The translations under genes were made by a program, and so were the position numbers. This document shows positions 41,335 to 57,099 of a DNA stretch of 64,000 nucleotides, in pieces. The notes beneath the pieces were generated by a model that searched no databases, was not told the DNA's origin, and saw nothing but the letters and a program-made list of their open reading frames with translations. Source of the DNA: Eledone cirrhosa (Eukaryota); NCBI GenBank assembly GCA_964016885.1, contig OZ024748.1, positions 32,922,001 through 32,986,000 of the forward strand, given 5' to 3'. Positions within the stretch are counted from its first letter, which is position 1, and the number at the start of each line of letters is the position of its first letter.

Positions 41335-41385
41335 AGTTTCAGAAGATCCAGTTAAGGGTGAAAGCAGAGTTTCTTTGCTTAAACT
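41335..41385 (+). ncRNA. HHR variant with CAGAAGA core (family F)
   Basis: agttt-CAGAAGA-tccagttaagggt-GAAA-gcagag-ttt-ctttgc-TT-aaact. Stem I is 5 bp and stem III is 7 bp. Confidence 0.6.
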
Positions 41386-44300
41386 TTAATCTGTTATTTT
41401 TATATATATATATATATACATATATCTTAAGGGCGGTGTCCCTGCATAGCCTCAACCAGATGGCTGGAACAGGTATAAGAACAAAAGAATATAATATATA
41501 TGTGTATATTCATATACTGTATTTATACTCATCACAATTTAAACTCCATTTTACATGCTAGCATGAGTCAGATGAGTTGTCCTGTTATGTGAAAACCTAG
41601 ATCAAATAACTATGTCTTGGTGATGCAATAACCATTTCTGGTTGGTTTCTACAGCTGGATGCCCTTCTTAACTCCAACCACATTTACAGGGTGGACTTGG
41701 TATTTATTGTTGCGTTGCTAACATGACCAACCTACAGGGTGGACTGGGTGCTTTTCATTGTGTCACCATCATGACAACCACCAGCTAAGAGAGCAGAGTT
41801 GGTGGTCTTTGTCATGTCACCAATTTGACAACTTTGAAGGGTGGTTCGGGTGCCTTCAGTCTTGCCACTAGCATGACCACTTTACAGAGCGAGCTAGGAG
41901 CCTCCTGTAATGTCTACCTCACAGGGTGGACTAGGTGCTTATTTCTCATGTCAACAGCATGACTACCTTACAGGGAGGGTTAGGTGCTCTTTTGTCATAT
42001 TACCTAACAGAAAGGCCTTGGTGTTCTTTTGTCATGACACCTGCATGACCACCTTACAGGGTTTCCTGGGGGCTTTTAGCAATTTCAACCACATGGAGTA
42101 GAGCATGTTAAGCTTTCCATACTATACATGGGTTTGTCAAGAGAGGTGTATCAGATGTGAAAGTGGGGGTGGGTTGTGTGTATGTAGGGTGGGGATTGGA
42201 GAGATATGTTAGGGTGGTGTACTTAGCTGGTAAGGGGGTGGAGTGTTAATATTTGGAGAGAAGGAAAATTGGAGCATACTTCAAGCCACTAAATATTTCT
42301 TCATCCCGTGGACATGGGAATGCAGGTGTCCTGCAGTACTGTATAACACCAGAGATTTCGATCCTGTGTCATCACCTTTGAGGGGTACAATGGTGTCAGG
42401 TCCGTTTTTACCTCCTCATTCCAAGGTCTTCCCCTTCCATCAATTTTCAGAGGTCAACCTTTGATACAGCATCTCTACCTTTGTATTTTGTTCTTCATGT
42501 ATATTACTATTACACATCCATCGGAGAATTCAAGCTTCATTTCTGTCCAATCTTCAGAGGTCCTCTGCACACACCGCCCATATTTCACTGCAATGCAGCA
42601 TTGCTGTTCATATGCAGACATCAATTTGATGAAACAACCTTTTGTAGCTAGCACCCTAAACCTTTGCCATCTTGTTCTTACTCTTGTTACTGTACGTTCA
42701 GAACACGTACCTCCACTGCTAATTTGGTCACCCTGGTAACAGAAACTATCAACTTATTCTATGGAACCCTTTAAATAGTTGATAGAGCTTGTCTCCTAAA
42801 ATCAATAGCTTCTTACTGCTCCAGTGCAATGACTCCCATATAAAACCTACATTCTTAACTAACTTACCTTGTATCCCACTAAATCTCTGGTGTACCCATA
42901 GTCTATTTAGTGTAAATAATGTTTCATACACATAACATGTATGTGTGATCATTGGTTTCCAAGTCCACTTATTGCCACCACTGTCTATTGGGGTGAGGCA
43001 CTTCCAAACAGACCCTTCATTGGGCACGCGGACAAATATATTAAAAGGAAGTTCTTTCCTCCAACAATTTTCACCCGAAACAGACGAGAGTTTCATATTG
43101 TCAAAAAGGGAGGTAAATCTTTAGTGGTGGAATTGTCAGGCTTAAATATATATGTAATTAGACATACATAGAAGTGGTTGATAGCTTTTGCAATCTAGGT
43201 GACTTAATTAGCAGTGGAGGAGGTTGCTCTGAAAGATGAATAGCTAGAATATGGATGGGATGGAAAAAGTTTAGAGAGCTACTGCAACAGTTGATCACAA
43301 AAGGTTTCTCTCTCTGTACAAAAGGACGACTGTATGACACATGTGGGTGATGTGCAATGATGCATGGTAACGAAACAAGGGCTATGACTGCAGAGAATAT
43401 GTAGACTGGAGAAAAAAGAAACACCCATGTTTTGTAGGATATGTTGTGTAAGTTTGAGCGAAAGGCAGAGCTTGGACAAGTTCAAGAAGGAGCTGCGTTT
43501 AAGAGTGATTTGATGTGGTGTGTAAGAGAGAACACTGCGTTTGTACGGACATGGGATGCACATGGATAATGACCACTGGGTGATGAAGTGCCAGTAAATC
43601 CCTGTAGAAGGAAGCCATAGTAGAGGTAGACCAAGAAAGACTTGGACAGAGGCTGTGTGAACTGACTTCAAATCACTGACTCTCACAGAGATGACAAAGT
43701 AACACAAGTTGAAAGATGCCATGTTTAGAAGGACCTGTCCAACCAAGCAAGCATAAAAAAAACGGACATAAAAACAGTGATGATGTTGCTGAAGATGACG
43801 TACATATACACACAGACATACACAAATAAATCAAACACAGATATGCACATACTTATATACAAACATATACATGGACACAAATTTCTACACACATACATTC
43901 ACATCTATATAATGTATGTAAATTCTGAATGCTACTGTTTTCTCAGCAAAACTCTTGGTTACAACTTATGAAAGGAGAAGAATTTCTCAGTAAAACAGTT
44001 TTATTCAAAATATTAACAACATTGGTGGTACTATTTTGGGTGAGTGATATGGTTTTTATCTTGTCTGATTGTGTTGCATTAAGTAATCTTTACAAGAGAA
44101 TGATTTATCACAGACATCACAGTAATATAGTTCCTCTCCTGCAGATCTTAGTGTCTAGTGAAGCCACATTTAGAGAAGCATTTACCACAGACATCATAGT
44201 GATATGATTCCTTTCCTGTATGTGTTAGTGTGTAGTGAAGCCACAGCATTTAGAAAATGATTTACCACAGACATCACAGTGATATGGTTCCTCTCCTGCA

Positions 44301-44502
44301 TATGTGTGTCTTGTGAAGACAACATTTAGAGAATGATTTACCAAATATATCAAAGTGATATGGCTTCCCAGCTGTATGTATACGTTTGTGTGTAGTTAAT
44401 GAAACATTCAAAGAGAATGATTTCCCTCAGATGTCACAATCCCCACATATATTCTTCTGTTTTGGCTTTGTCAATGCTTGTATACTATGTATTTACTCTT
44501 TA

Positions 44503-44548
44503 TGCTCTGAAGAGTCCCACTTCTAGTGTGGACGAAACACTGTTAGCA
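44503..44548 (+). ncRNA. Type I HHR inside a ~240-bp insertion (44441-44680)
   Basis: tgct-CTGAAGA-gtcccac-ttcta-gtgtggac-GAAA-cactg-TT-agca, with a canonical G10.1-C11.1 pair. Confidence 0.75.
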
Positions 44549-44744
44549 ATTAAAGATATACCTATGTTCTAAGCGCTCTTTGTTGTTAATTGTATTACGG
44601 CTCTGTCCTCTGACAATGAGCTAACCATATACTGACTATTTGATAAGTGGAGTGTTACACACTCCCAATTCTCTCCCTTATATATTTGTATTCTCATTAA
44701 TTCACAAATTTGAGGGAATGATTTATTACTGATGTCAATGCGTT

Positions 44745-46876
<2,132 letters not shown>

Positions 46877-48410
46877 TCAGTTAATATCTGAAGATAATAC
46901 AAACTTCTTTTTCATCCAAGTTTAGTTAAAATACAAAACCATCTCATAGTGAAGAAAATACTTCACAGTAATACGACGAGAGATTCATATAAACAGTGTT
47001 ATATAAGTTCTGTTTAAAACGTTTTAGTCTTAAAATTATGATAAATAGAGGTGAAGTCTCAAAGATTGAAAATAATAATTTATCCCAATGTCATCTGATA
47101 TTCTGAAATGAAAAAGAAACAGTATGAGATAATAGAGAACAATTTAGAAACAAAGATAAATATAACAGTGGAAATTTTATATTTCTATATTGATAAACTG
47201 TAGATACCGACTTTCCTATTAAGAATAATTCTCTCCAATGTAAGCAGTGGTATTCCAGCATGCTCTATATATTATATCCTATCACTTCAGAGGTCTGCTC
47301 TATGGTGGTTTAGCAAAAAATTCAATCTTATAGGACTTATAAGAAAGAAACAGTATGAGATAATAAATAATACTTAAAATACAGAGATAGATTTAAGAGT
47401 GGAAATTTTACATTTTTACAGTATTTCCCAGCATCGAAGACGTTACTTTTTACCTAAAATAAGTCTCAACAATCAACCATTCGTCCTGGAGGCCAAAGAT
47501 TACTTATTATTTTTTTCAAATTTTTGGTTGACAAAATTAGGTTGCGTCCTCGAGGACGAAGTACCTTTGGCGCCGGTAAATATTGTACATTGGTAAACTG
47601 TAGAAATATACCTGTGTGATGTTTATTTATATAAACCAAGGCTACATATATGTCAAACTACAGCTACACCATCACTATAGCGGTGTCATCTAGTACAGGG
47701 CCCCAAAACTATGGTAACCTTGTGAGATGGGTTTGACGCAGCCAACTGGCCACCCCTCCTCATAGTGGTGCCACCCAGTAGCAGGCCCCAAAACTATAGT
47801 AACCTCGTGAGATGGGTTCGGCGCAGCCGACTGGCCACCCCTCCTCATAGTGGTGCCACCCAGTACCAGGCCCCAAAACTCTATGGTTCCAATGTGAGAC
47901 AGGTTCAGTGCAGTCAACTTTCCTGTCCCTCCTCATAACGGAGCATCCAGTTCCACACTGTAAATGTGGTTGGTGTCAGGAAGGGAATCCAGCTGTAAAA
48001 TACCCAGCCAAATTTAGTCTCACCGGAGCAAGATGCGACACATGGCCAAACTTGCCTCCTGGCATGGATGACCCGTCTAACCCATGCAAGAATGGAAAAA
48101 TGGATGCTAAATGGTGATGATACATGCATATATATATATCCCACCCACATCCCAGGCCACACTGTAAAGTGGATGTGTAAAAGACACAACAAAAAGAACC
48201 CAGCCCACACTGTAAAGTGGATATGTAAAAGACACAGCAAAAAGCACCCAGCCCACACTGTAGAGTGGATGTGTAAAAGACACTGCAAAAAGCACCCCTC
48301 CCACACTGGAATTGTAAAAGACACAGCAAAAAGCACCCGACCCACACTGTCAATGTGGTTGGCGTTAGGAAGGGCATCCAGCTGTAGAAAACCAGCCGGA
48401 AACACCCCTG

Positions 48411-49238
48411 GGCGATATCCAATTTTAATGGACTAAATGCTGCTTACGTGCTGTAGTTGCTGCTTACTTCAATGTATGAGGCTATTCCAACAAATTTACA
48501 TTCCCCTTTTTTTAGCCGTTAAAAGAAATATAGATTTATTTACTGTTTTTTTTTGCGATTTATTTGCCACTGGGGCATAGATTTCTTTATTTGCCACGTT
48601 TTTGTTTGTTTGTTGTTTTTTTTGCCGATCTGTGGGGATATGTCGCCGGGCAACAAATGGTCCTCTTCTTCCCGATACCACTTCGAAAGAAGGATCAAGG
48701 TGGAGAGAAAGGCACTCAGTCCCAGCCAATTCCATGAAAGATGGGTGATAGTAGCAATAATGGCCCGTGTAAGTGGCCCATCTCTCTATATCGGCTTGTA
48801 CAGGTAAGAGAAGAAGGGAGCACCCCCATCTCTCTGTGCTCCCTGGCAGAAAGGTCGCACACTTTCTACGGGGGTGTGTGTGACCCCAAAAGGCTGCCTC
48901 TCTATTGAGGACTTAATGTTTTATATTCCTTTTTAATCACTCGTTAAATGTTTGTACTTGATTTTTGTAAAAACTTCCCCCGCCTAATGCTCTAGTGGCA
49001 AATAAATCGCAAAAAAAACAAACAAACAAACAAACAAACAAACAAAAACGTGGCAAATAAAGAAATCTATGCCCCAGTGGCAAATAAATCGCAAAAAAAA
49101 AAACAATAAATAAATCTATATTTCTTTTAACGGCTAAAAAAAAGGGAATATAAATTTGTTGGAATAGCCTCATACATTGAAGTAAACAGCAACTACAGCA
49201 CGTAAGCAGCATTTAGTCCACTAAAATTGGATATCGCC
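48411..49238. mobile_element. MITE, Merlin-like (GG-starting TIRs of ~215 bp, 8-bp TSD)
   Basis: GGCGATATCCAATTTTA...TAAAATTGGATATCGCC flanked by cacccctg at 48403-48410 and 49239-49246. Confidence 0.8.
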
Positions 49239-49549
49239 CACCCCTGTATGAGTTAGTCATAGTCACCCGACCCAACTTGCCTCTAGATGGGACCCGTCTA
49301 ACCCATGCTAGGGTGGAAGATGGACGTTAATTGATGATGATGATGATATATAATAGAAATTTAGTTTGCTTGAAGGATTCTATATCATATATAACGTTGA
49401 AAGAGATAGAAGGCTAAACAATGCAAAATGGACTGTAAATTGGGGTAACGAAAAGTAAAAGTTACCTGGTAATCTTTGTTTGTTTCTTGTTGTTTTTTTA
49501 TGTGTCCATTATTTCAGGACCTAAAAGTCCCTTCTTCGATGTTTAACAC

Positions 49550-50092
49550 ATTAGCATTTACATTACTCTATATATACTATTATATTTCCATGGTAATGTC
49601 TTTACCTCACATAACATTTACATTACTCTATATATAATATTATATTTCCATGGTAAAGTATTTACCTCACATAACATTTACATTACTCTATATATAATAT
49701 TATATTTCCATGGTAAAGTATTTACCTCACATAACATTTACACTACTCTATAAATACAATTGCATTTGCATGTTAAAGTCTTTATCTCACATAACATTTA
49801 CATTATTCTATATATACTATTATATTTCCATGGTAAAGTCTTTATCTCACATAACATTTACATTACTCTATATATACTATTATATTTCCATGGAAAAGTC
49901 TTTATCTCGCATAACATTTACATTACTCTGTATATACTATTATATTTCCATGGAAATGTCTTTATCTCACATAACATTTACATTACTCTATATATACTAT
50001 TATATTTCCATGGTAAATTCTTTACCTCACGTAACATTTACATTGCTCTATATATACTATTATATTTCCATGGTAAAGTCTTTACCTCACAT
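49550..50092. repeat. 60-bp minisatellite, about 9 copies
   Basis: Unit cattactctatatatactattatatttccatggtaaagtctttatctcacataacattta. Confidence 0.95.
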
Positions 50093-50629
50093 TTGTCACA
50101 TAATATCGAATCTATGAGATTTTGATATTATTTATATTGACAACAATACCTTAACCGTAAGAGTGGCCAGTTACGGCTGGTTTGAACAGAAAAAGGGGAC
50201 ATAATTCTGGCCGGTTTAAATGCTAAATAATTAAGCAAAATTCAGTGGATAATGTTCCAATTTCCTCTTTTCATGATTAAATTTTGATTTTGATGAAAAT
50301 CTTTTCTAAGTTGTTTTCAAGCATTTTATAAAATTGATGGAAGCCGTGAAGTAGGAAGACCTAGGATGAGGTGATAAAAGCTGACCTGACACAATTGATG
50401 GAAGCTATGGAGTAGGAAGACCTGGGATGAGATGATAAAAGCTGACCTCGAAAAACATGGGCGGATGTGGTGAGAACAGATCTCAGATCACTGAAACTCA
50501 TGGAGATGAAGTAGGACTGTGACAAGTGGAGAGATGTTGTGCTGAGTAGGACCTGTCCCACCCTTGCAAGCAAGAAAAGTGAACGTAAAATGATGATGAT
50601 AATATACACTATGTACAGTATATATTATA

Positions 50630-50702
<73 letters not shown>

Positions 50703-50738
50703 AAAGATTTGAATGGATACAGTTTAGTTGAAAGGAAT

Positions 50739-50859
50739 TTATTGACACGTGTTTCTATAACAGTTACATAACCTGAAAACAGCTGCTATCTACAAAGTAT
50801 TAGTTATGCAGACATTCAATATTTCAATATTATTATTTACTGGCATTTCATCAGAATAA
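50739..50859 (-). ncRNA. HHR with 92-nt stem II (PLE-D)
   Basis: Reverse complement of 53030-53150, with one stem II mismatch. Confidence 0.7.
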
Positions 50860-53029
50860 TATTACTGGGGACCTGTTTGGTTTTTATAGAGAATATTAGG
50901 AGGGAGGGGTGAAGTTGTTAGAAGAATAGTTGAGGGAGTGGTTTGTTGATAGCAGTAAGAATTTTTGGTGGCAGTGAGTAATTAGATTCCCATCTGTTGT
51001 TTTGACATTTTTATAGAATATATTATTGGTTATTTTTCTAAATCTATAGAAGGATTAGAGATAGTAAAGATATGCGTGGTTGGTTTTGTGTTTGCACTTA
51101 ATTAACATTCAGACTTAAATTTTTCTTTCAAGTGTACGTATCCTTTCACCCACGCATTCACACACAAACATATTTGCATACCTCTACAAAATACATATAC
51201 TCACATTCACATAGTAACATGTTCATACTTACATACATATACACATGCATACATATATATACACACATGTATTCATGTACATACATACGCGTTCATGTGT
51301 ATACATTTTTATACTCAACTTATCTTTATATACACACGTATAGACACACATATATACATACATACTCTAGTCTATGTGTTTATATATACATATACATATA
51401 TATCTATATATATATATACATATATATCTATATATATATATACATATATATCTATATATATATAAGCACTTTAATACATGAATACACTTACATCTAACTA
51501 TACACATCAAACATATATATATATATTTACTTATTTATATACATTTTCACATATATATACATACTTATGGTCGCTTTTAGACACATTCATTATCGCATTT
51601 TTGCACCTATTCTCATCAGCATATCTTTCCATTATTAGTGTGGTAATTTGAGGTTATTAATATACATATATATGTTGAGAAGAGATTGTTTTTATATTTT
51701 TCTAACTAGATTGAGGTTTATATAGTTGGGGGGATGTCCCTCTTTTATGTAATATTCGGCTTGTAGTGGGAAAAAAGGGTTTTAGTTCGGTGACGGCAGA
51801 ATAATGTTCGTTCAATTCTGTTATTCAGCAATTTCTTCTTGTGTGTGATTATGTAATAAATCTCAAGATTACACAATTTGCAGAAATTTTGGCTCCTGGA
51901 AAAGCGTTGGGGTTTAGCTAATTTCTCCCATTTTAGGGTAAACTTTTTATCGCTATCCCTGAGCGTCCAAGCTTTTTCTGCTAAAGTTGTTACATTTCTT
52001 TGGCTCTAGTGTTTTATTGAGTAAGAATGCCTATATAATCGAGATTTAAACGATGTTGCCGTTGATCCCACATAATACCACTCGTTGCCTCCGGATTTAA
52101 TGGTACACTTATAAATAATATTTTTTTCCAGGCAGTTATTAAAAAACCCTTTTTTCCCACTACAAGCCGAATATTACATAAAAGAGGGACATCCCCCCAA
52201 CTATATAAACCTCAATCTAGTTAGAAAAATATAAAAACAATCTCTTCTCAACATATATATGTATATTAATAACCTCAAATTACCACACTAATAATGGAAA
52301 GATATGCTGATGAGAATAGGTGCAAAAATGCGATAATGAATGTGTCTAAAAGCGACCATAAGTATGTATATATATGTGAAAATGTATATAAATAAGTAAA
52401 TATATATATATGTTTGATGTGTATAGTTAGATGTAAGTGTATTCATGTATTAAATATATATATATGTATATATATATATAGATATATATGTATATGTATA
52501 TATAAACACATAGACTAGAGTATGTATGTATATATGTGTGTGTCTATACGTGTGTATATAAAGATAAGTTGAGTATAAAAATGTATACACATGAACGCGT
52601 ATGTATGTACATGAATACATGTGTGTATATATATATGTATGCATGTGTATATGTATGTAAGTATGAACATGTTACTATGTGAATGTGAGTATATGTATTT
52701 TGTAGAGGTGTGCAAATATGTTTGTGTGTGAATGCGTGGGTGAAAGGATACGTACACTTGAAAGAAAAATTTAAGTCTGAATGTTAATTAAGTGCAAACA
52801 CAAAACCAACCACGCATATCTTTACTATCTCTAATCCTTCTATAGATTTAGAAAAATAACCAATAATATATTCTATAAAAATGTCAAAACAACAGATGGG
52901 AATCTAATTACTCACTGCCACCAAAAATTCTCACTGCTATCAAAAAACCACTCCCTCAACTATTCTTCTAACAACTTCACCCCTCCCCCCTAATATTCTC
53001 TATAAAAACCAAACAGGTCCTCAGTAATA

Positions 53030-53150
53030 TTATTCTGATGAAATGACAGTAAATAATAATATTGAAATATTGAATGTCTGCATAACTAATACTTTGTAGA
53101 TAGCAGCTGTTTTCAGGTTATGTAACTGTTATAGAAACACGTGTCAATAA
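53030..53150 (+). ncRNA. Type I HHR with 92-nt extended stem II (PLE-D)
   Basis: ttatt-CTGATGA-a-atgacagt...actgttat-a-GAAA-cacgtg-TC-aataa. Stem III is the palindrome ACACGTGT and the site is GUC. Confidence 0.8.
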
Positions 53151-55643
53151 ATTCCTTTCAACTAAACTGTATCCATTCAAATCTTTCTATTTTTCTCCTG
53201 ATTACTTTTGGAACTACAACTGGAACCGTCGAGCAAACTCTACGTGAGCTGTCAATCTACTGTGTGTAATATTTATATTACAACACAACGGAAAATACTG
53301 TATATATATATTATATATACACTATGTACAGTATATATACACTATATATATACACTGTGTACAGTATATATTATACATTATATATATATTATATATATAC
53401 ACTGTGTACAGTATATATTATACACTATATATATATTATATATACACTGTGTACAGTATATATTATACACTATATATGATGTTGTCCAAGAGAAATGCTA
53501 TGGCCGGTACAGCTTGGCACCAGTGACATCACAACTAATTTCTACATCTGAGTAAACAACGTGAAATAGAGTGTCTTGCTCAAGGACACAATACATCACC
53601 CGGTCCGAGAATCGAACTCAGCACCTTTTCATAGTAAGCCCAATACTCTAACCACGAAGCTATGATACGTTCCAGAACCAACTGTGTTATAGAGAGACCA
53701 TAAAGACAACCATTGTTTTAATAGTTTAAGCCTTAAAATACCTCTCATACATGCTTTAAGTACATATAAACTCATTAAAACACACTTTTGTATTTAAACA
53801 CAAAAAACAGCCATTAACGATTGTATAGAAACTACCACCAACCATCATACCACTAGTTACCAATGAGGACCATTGCCAGCCACTTGGTAATAAACTGCAT
53901 ATCTCCTGCCAATCTATGAAGGGTTTGTAGTAGATTAGAGCAAAACACAATCAATAAAACAGTAATGGAATGAATAATAGAAACATTTGGTCATAATTAA
54001 AGCCTTAAGATGTTCCTTCCTTACAATATACACTTTCGATGAGAAAATAGATATGTTCTGACGAAAAATACGCGATGTGGCGAGGATTACCGCGATACGT
54101 TCCAAAGAAATATCCGCGATATAACGGGACCGCAAAAAGTGAACGGTGATATAGCGGGGGATTACACGCACAACATATATCTTTCTATATACACTCATAA
54201 TATTTATTTCGATTTTTTACTTTAAAATGTTGACTGAGGGTGTGTGACAACTGTTTGAGGTTGTTCCAGTGGTTGAAATATAGACTGAGGTATTTTAAAT
54301 AATAAAGGCAGTCATGATAACAATATATTTAATATCACATGTAACAGTGGAATCTGCTGATTGAAAAATACATCAACATTTCAGTTTGGAAGTTTTTTTC
54401 TATATATAAAAGTGGAGGAAGAAATATATTTTTCTAATGTTGTTATATATATTTTCACTTGTATATAATTACTGGATCGTTGTAGGGTTCCCATAATTAT
54501 ATTATTTACACACATTAATATAGACATTAAGTAAATCTTTGTCAACTTACCTCCTTCAGATATAATCAATGTGTTGTGGTGTTAGTTTTTACTAAACAAC
54601 CAAAGAAATAATATCTTTTTTTATCAAATTAGAAGTTTCAAAGACGTTATCAGCTTTATTTCACGACATTAACGTTGGTGTATCTTCTTCATCTTTAGTC
54701 ATAAATTGGTATCTTGTTAGAATGAAGTAGTGAGGCTGACTTCATGTCTTTAGCTACAGATTTGATAGGAAATATATTAGGTTGATATGTGGTCTAAAAT
54801 ATATATATTGTCTATAAATGACTGATAGCAGATGATCTGGTGAAATAGTAGTTTTACTACTACAGATTGTAATGGAACTCTTAGTAGACACAATTGTAAA
54901 GTAAGAATAGATATGACAGTGTAAGACTGATGTCGGGGAATTAAAATTGTGTATATATATATAATTGTTACACTAGATATAATTAGAGCAGGTACGCGGT
55001 GTTGTTCAGAATATTTCAACTCTGTTACCAGTGTCATACGTTAAAAGTCCCTGATATAATTTAATACCTTCAGACAGTTCCAATCGTATTTAATTGATTG
55101 TAAATCAGAAAGTATCACTCAGTAAAATATCAACTATACATCAATAAGAACACCTCTACGTAGTCTCTCTAACTGCTAGAAATACCAGTGATATTATCCA
55201 TTACAACTTAGTTTTTTGTTTAAAATCTCCAAAGTTTAGTTATACAGTCAACAGCAAATCTTTTGTACAAACTTTGGAATATACTGGAAGACCGTCAAAA
55301 TATCATTCTCCCTCTTGTGTATATATATACAAATATTAGGGAGAGCACTCGACGTAATTCTATATTTCAGGTTATTGTTATCATGACTGTCTTTATTATT
55401 TGGCACTATCGGTAGAGAGTTGGGCGCCATGTTTTCCAGCAGAGTTACGTCCCTTTACGGTCTGAGTTCAAATCCCGTCGAGGTTAACTTTGCCTTTCAT
55501 CCTTACGCGGTCGATAAAATAAAGTACCAGTCACGCACTGGGGTCGGTTTAATCGTCTTTCCCCTCCTCCCAAATTACAGGCCTTGTGTCTATATAAGAA
55601 ACCATTATAACTTTAATTAATCTAATTATATCTCTTGTGTAAC

Positions 55644-55714
<71 letters not shown>

Positions 55715-55718
<4 letters not shown>

Positions 55719-56802
55719 GATAAATCTACCAAGAGTTTACGGTAGTGTCCAATCCGTATGAAGAACTCAATGTAATCCGGATATCATGGAAAGAAGAGAT
55801 GCAATGAAAAATCACTTTCGGTGAAAGATAAACGGAAAACAGAGTCAAGATAAAATATTAAAAAAATAATGAATAAAACAATGAAACAGTTCCTTATATT
55901 AAACAAAAAAAGTTCATTATTTAACGATCGTTTCTAGGATATATATGTGTTAGAATTGGCATGCATATTCAACAGATCTATGTACAAAATTATACAAAAT
56001 TATACAAACTATCAAAATTAAATATACATACCAAACACATATATATGCCGTCTTCAGAAATAATGAAATATATTTATTGATAATAACAACAATTCAAAAT
56101 TACAGGTCTGTTTGGGAACAGAGTTCAAATTGACCAATGAAAATACAAAAAGTTTATACAGTTAGGTGTGTGTATATATGCATATAAGTAACTTCGTTCA
56201 CAGATATGCATAAAGATATATGTTCACATGCATACGCTTGCCAAAAAGATGTATGTAAATACAAAAATTCAAGGCTAATGTCTGTATGTTTATAATCTGT
56301 ATGTTTATAATCTACAGATAAAATACGTACACACATATATAAATATAAAATAAATATATACACACATTCATATAGTCACACATATACGTACATTCACACA
56401 CACACGCGCGTATACGCATACACATACACACAACCACGAACATACATACACACATACACCCCCACACACATATATATGTGTGTATATACTATTATCATAA
56501 GCATATGGATATTAATGCGCGCACATAAACACTGCCACACACATTTAGATCCAGATACAGAAAGTAGGTGGGGGGGGGGGAGAGGTCAGTATTCACCGGT
56601 GTCAGCAGACTGCCTATTTATAAATGTATCTATAAAATTAAAAATAAAAAGAAAAGAAAAAGAAAAAAGAAATATATCAAGAAAATATATATATATAATA
56701 TATACATACACACACATATATATATATATATACACATATATATATACATACACACATATATAAACAAGTAAAATATAAAATATACATCGATATACATACA
56801 TA

Positions 56803-56836
<34 letters not shown>

Positions 56837-57030
56837 CATACATATACATACATATACATATACATACACATATACACAAACACATACATACACATACATA
56901 TACATACACACACCATATAAATACACATATACATACACACACGCATACATATAGAGACATATACATATACACATATAAATACATAGACATATACACATAT
57001 ACACACATATATATTTATGTATATACATAT
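55715..57030 (-). repeat. Inverted copy of the PLE-B 3' end with 135-nt tail; HHR at 55913-56067
   Basis: Reverse complement of ~61960-63141 and directly similar to 17690-19050. Confidence 0.9.
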
Positions 57031-57099
57031 ATATGTATGATTTTGTAAACCCATATACATTTAGTTGAGCTCTTTCAATTGTCCATCATCCATATCACA

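Larger units (their letters stand above)
50698..53302. mobile_element. PLE-D (second Hydra-like family): minus-strand EN remnant and 3' region, plus an inverted arm with tail
   Basis: Minus 52140-51700 reads NNCLEKNIIYKCTIK..YYVGSTATSFKSR...CKLCNLE..LLN.R.E...CRH with a stop. 52141-53190 is the reverse complement of 50698-51784. Confidence 0.85.
47103..54550 (-). other. Putative 5'-UTR intron of ZF2
   Basis: Donor and acceptor are paralogous to those of ZF1. Confidence 0.5.

Noticed and set aside
49550-50092. Regular array resembling CRISPR (also 17056-17235 and 48150-48350)
   Set aside because: Units are head-to-tail with no unique spacers, there are no cas genes, and the context is eukaryotic.
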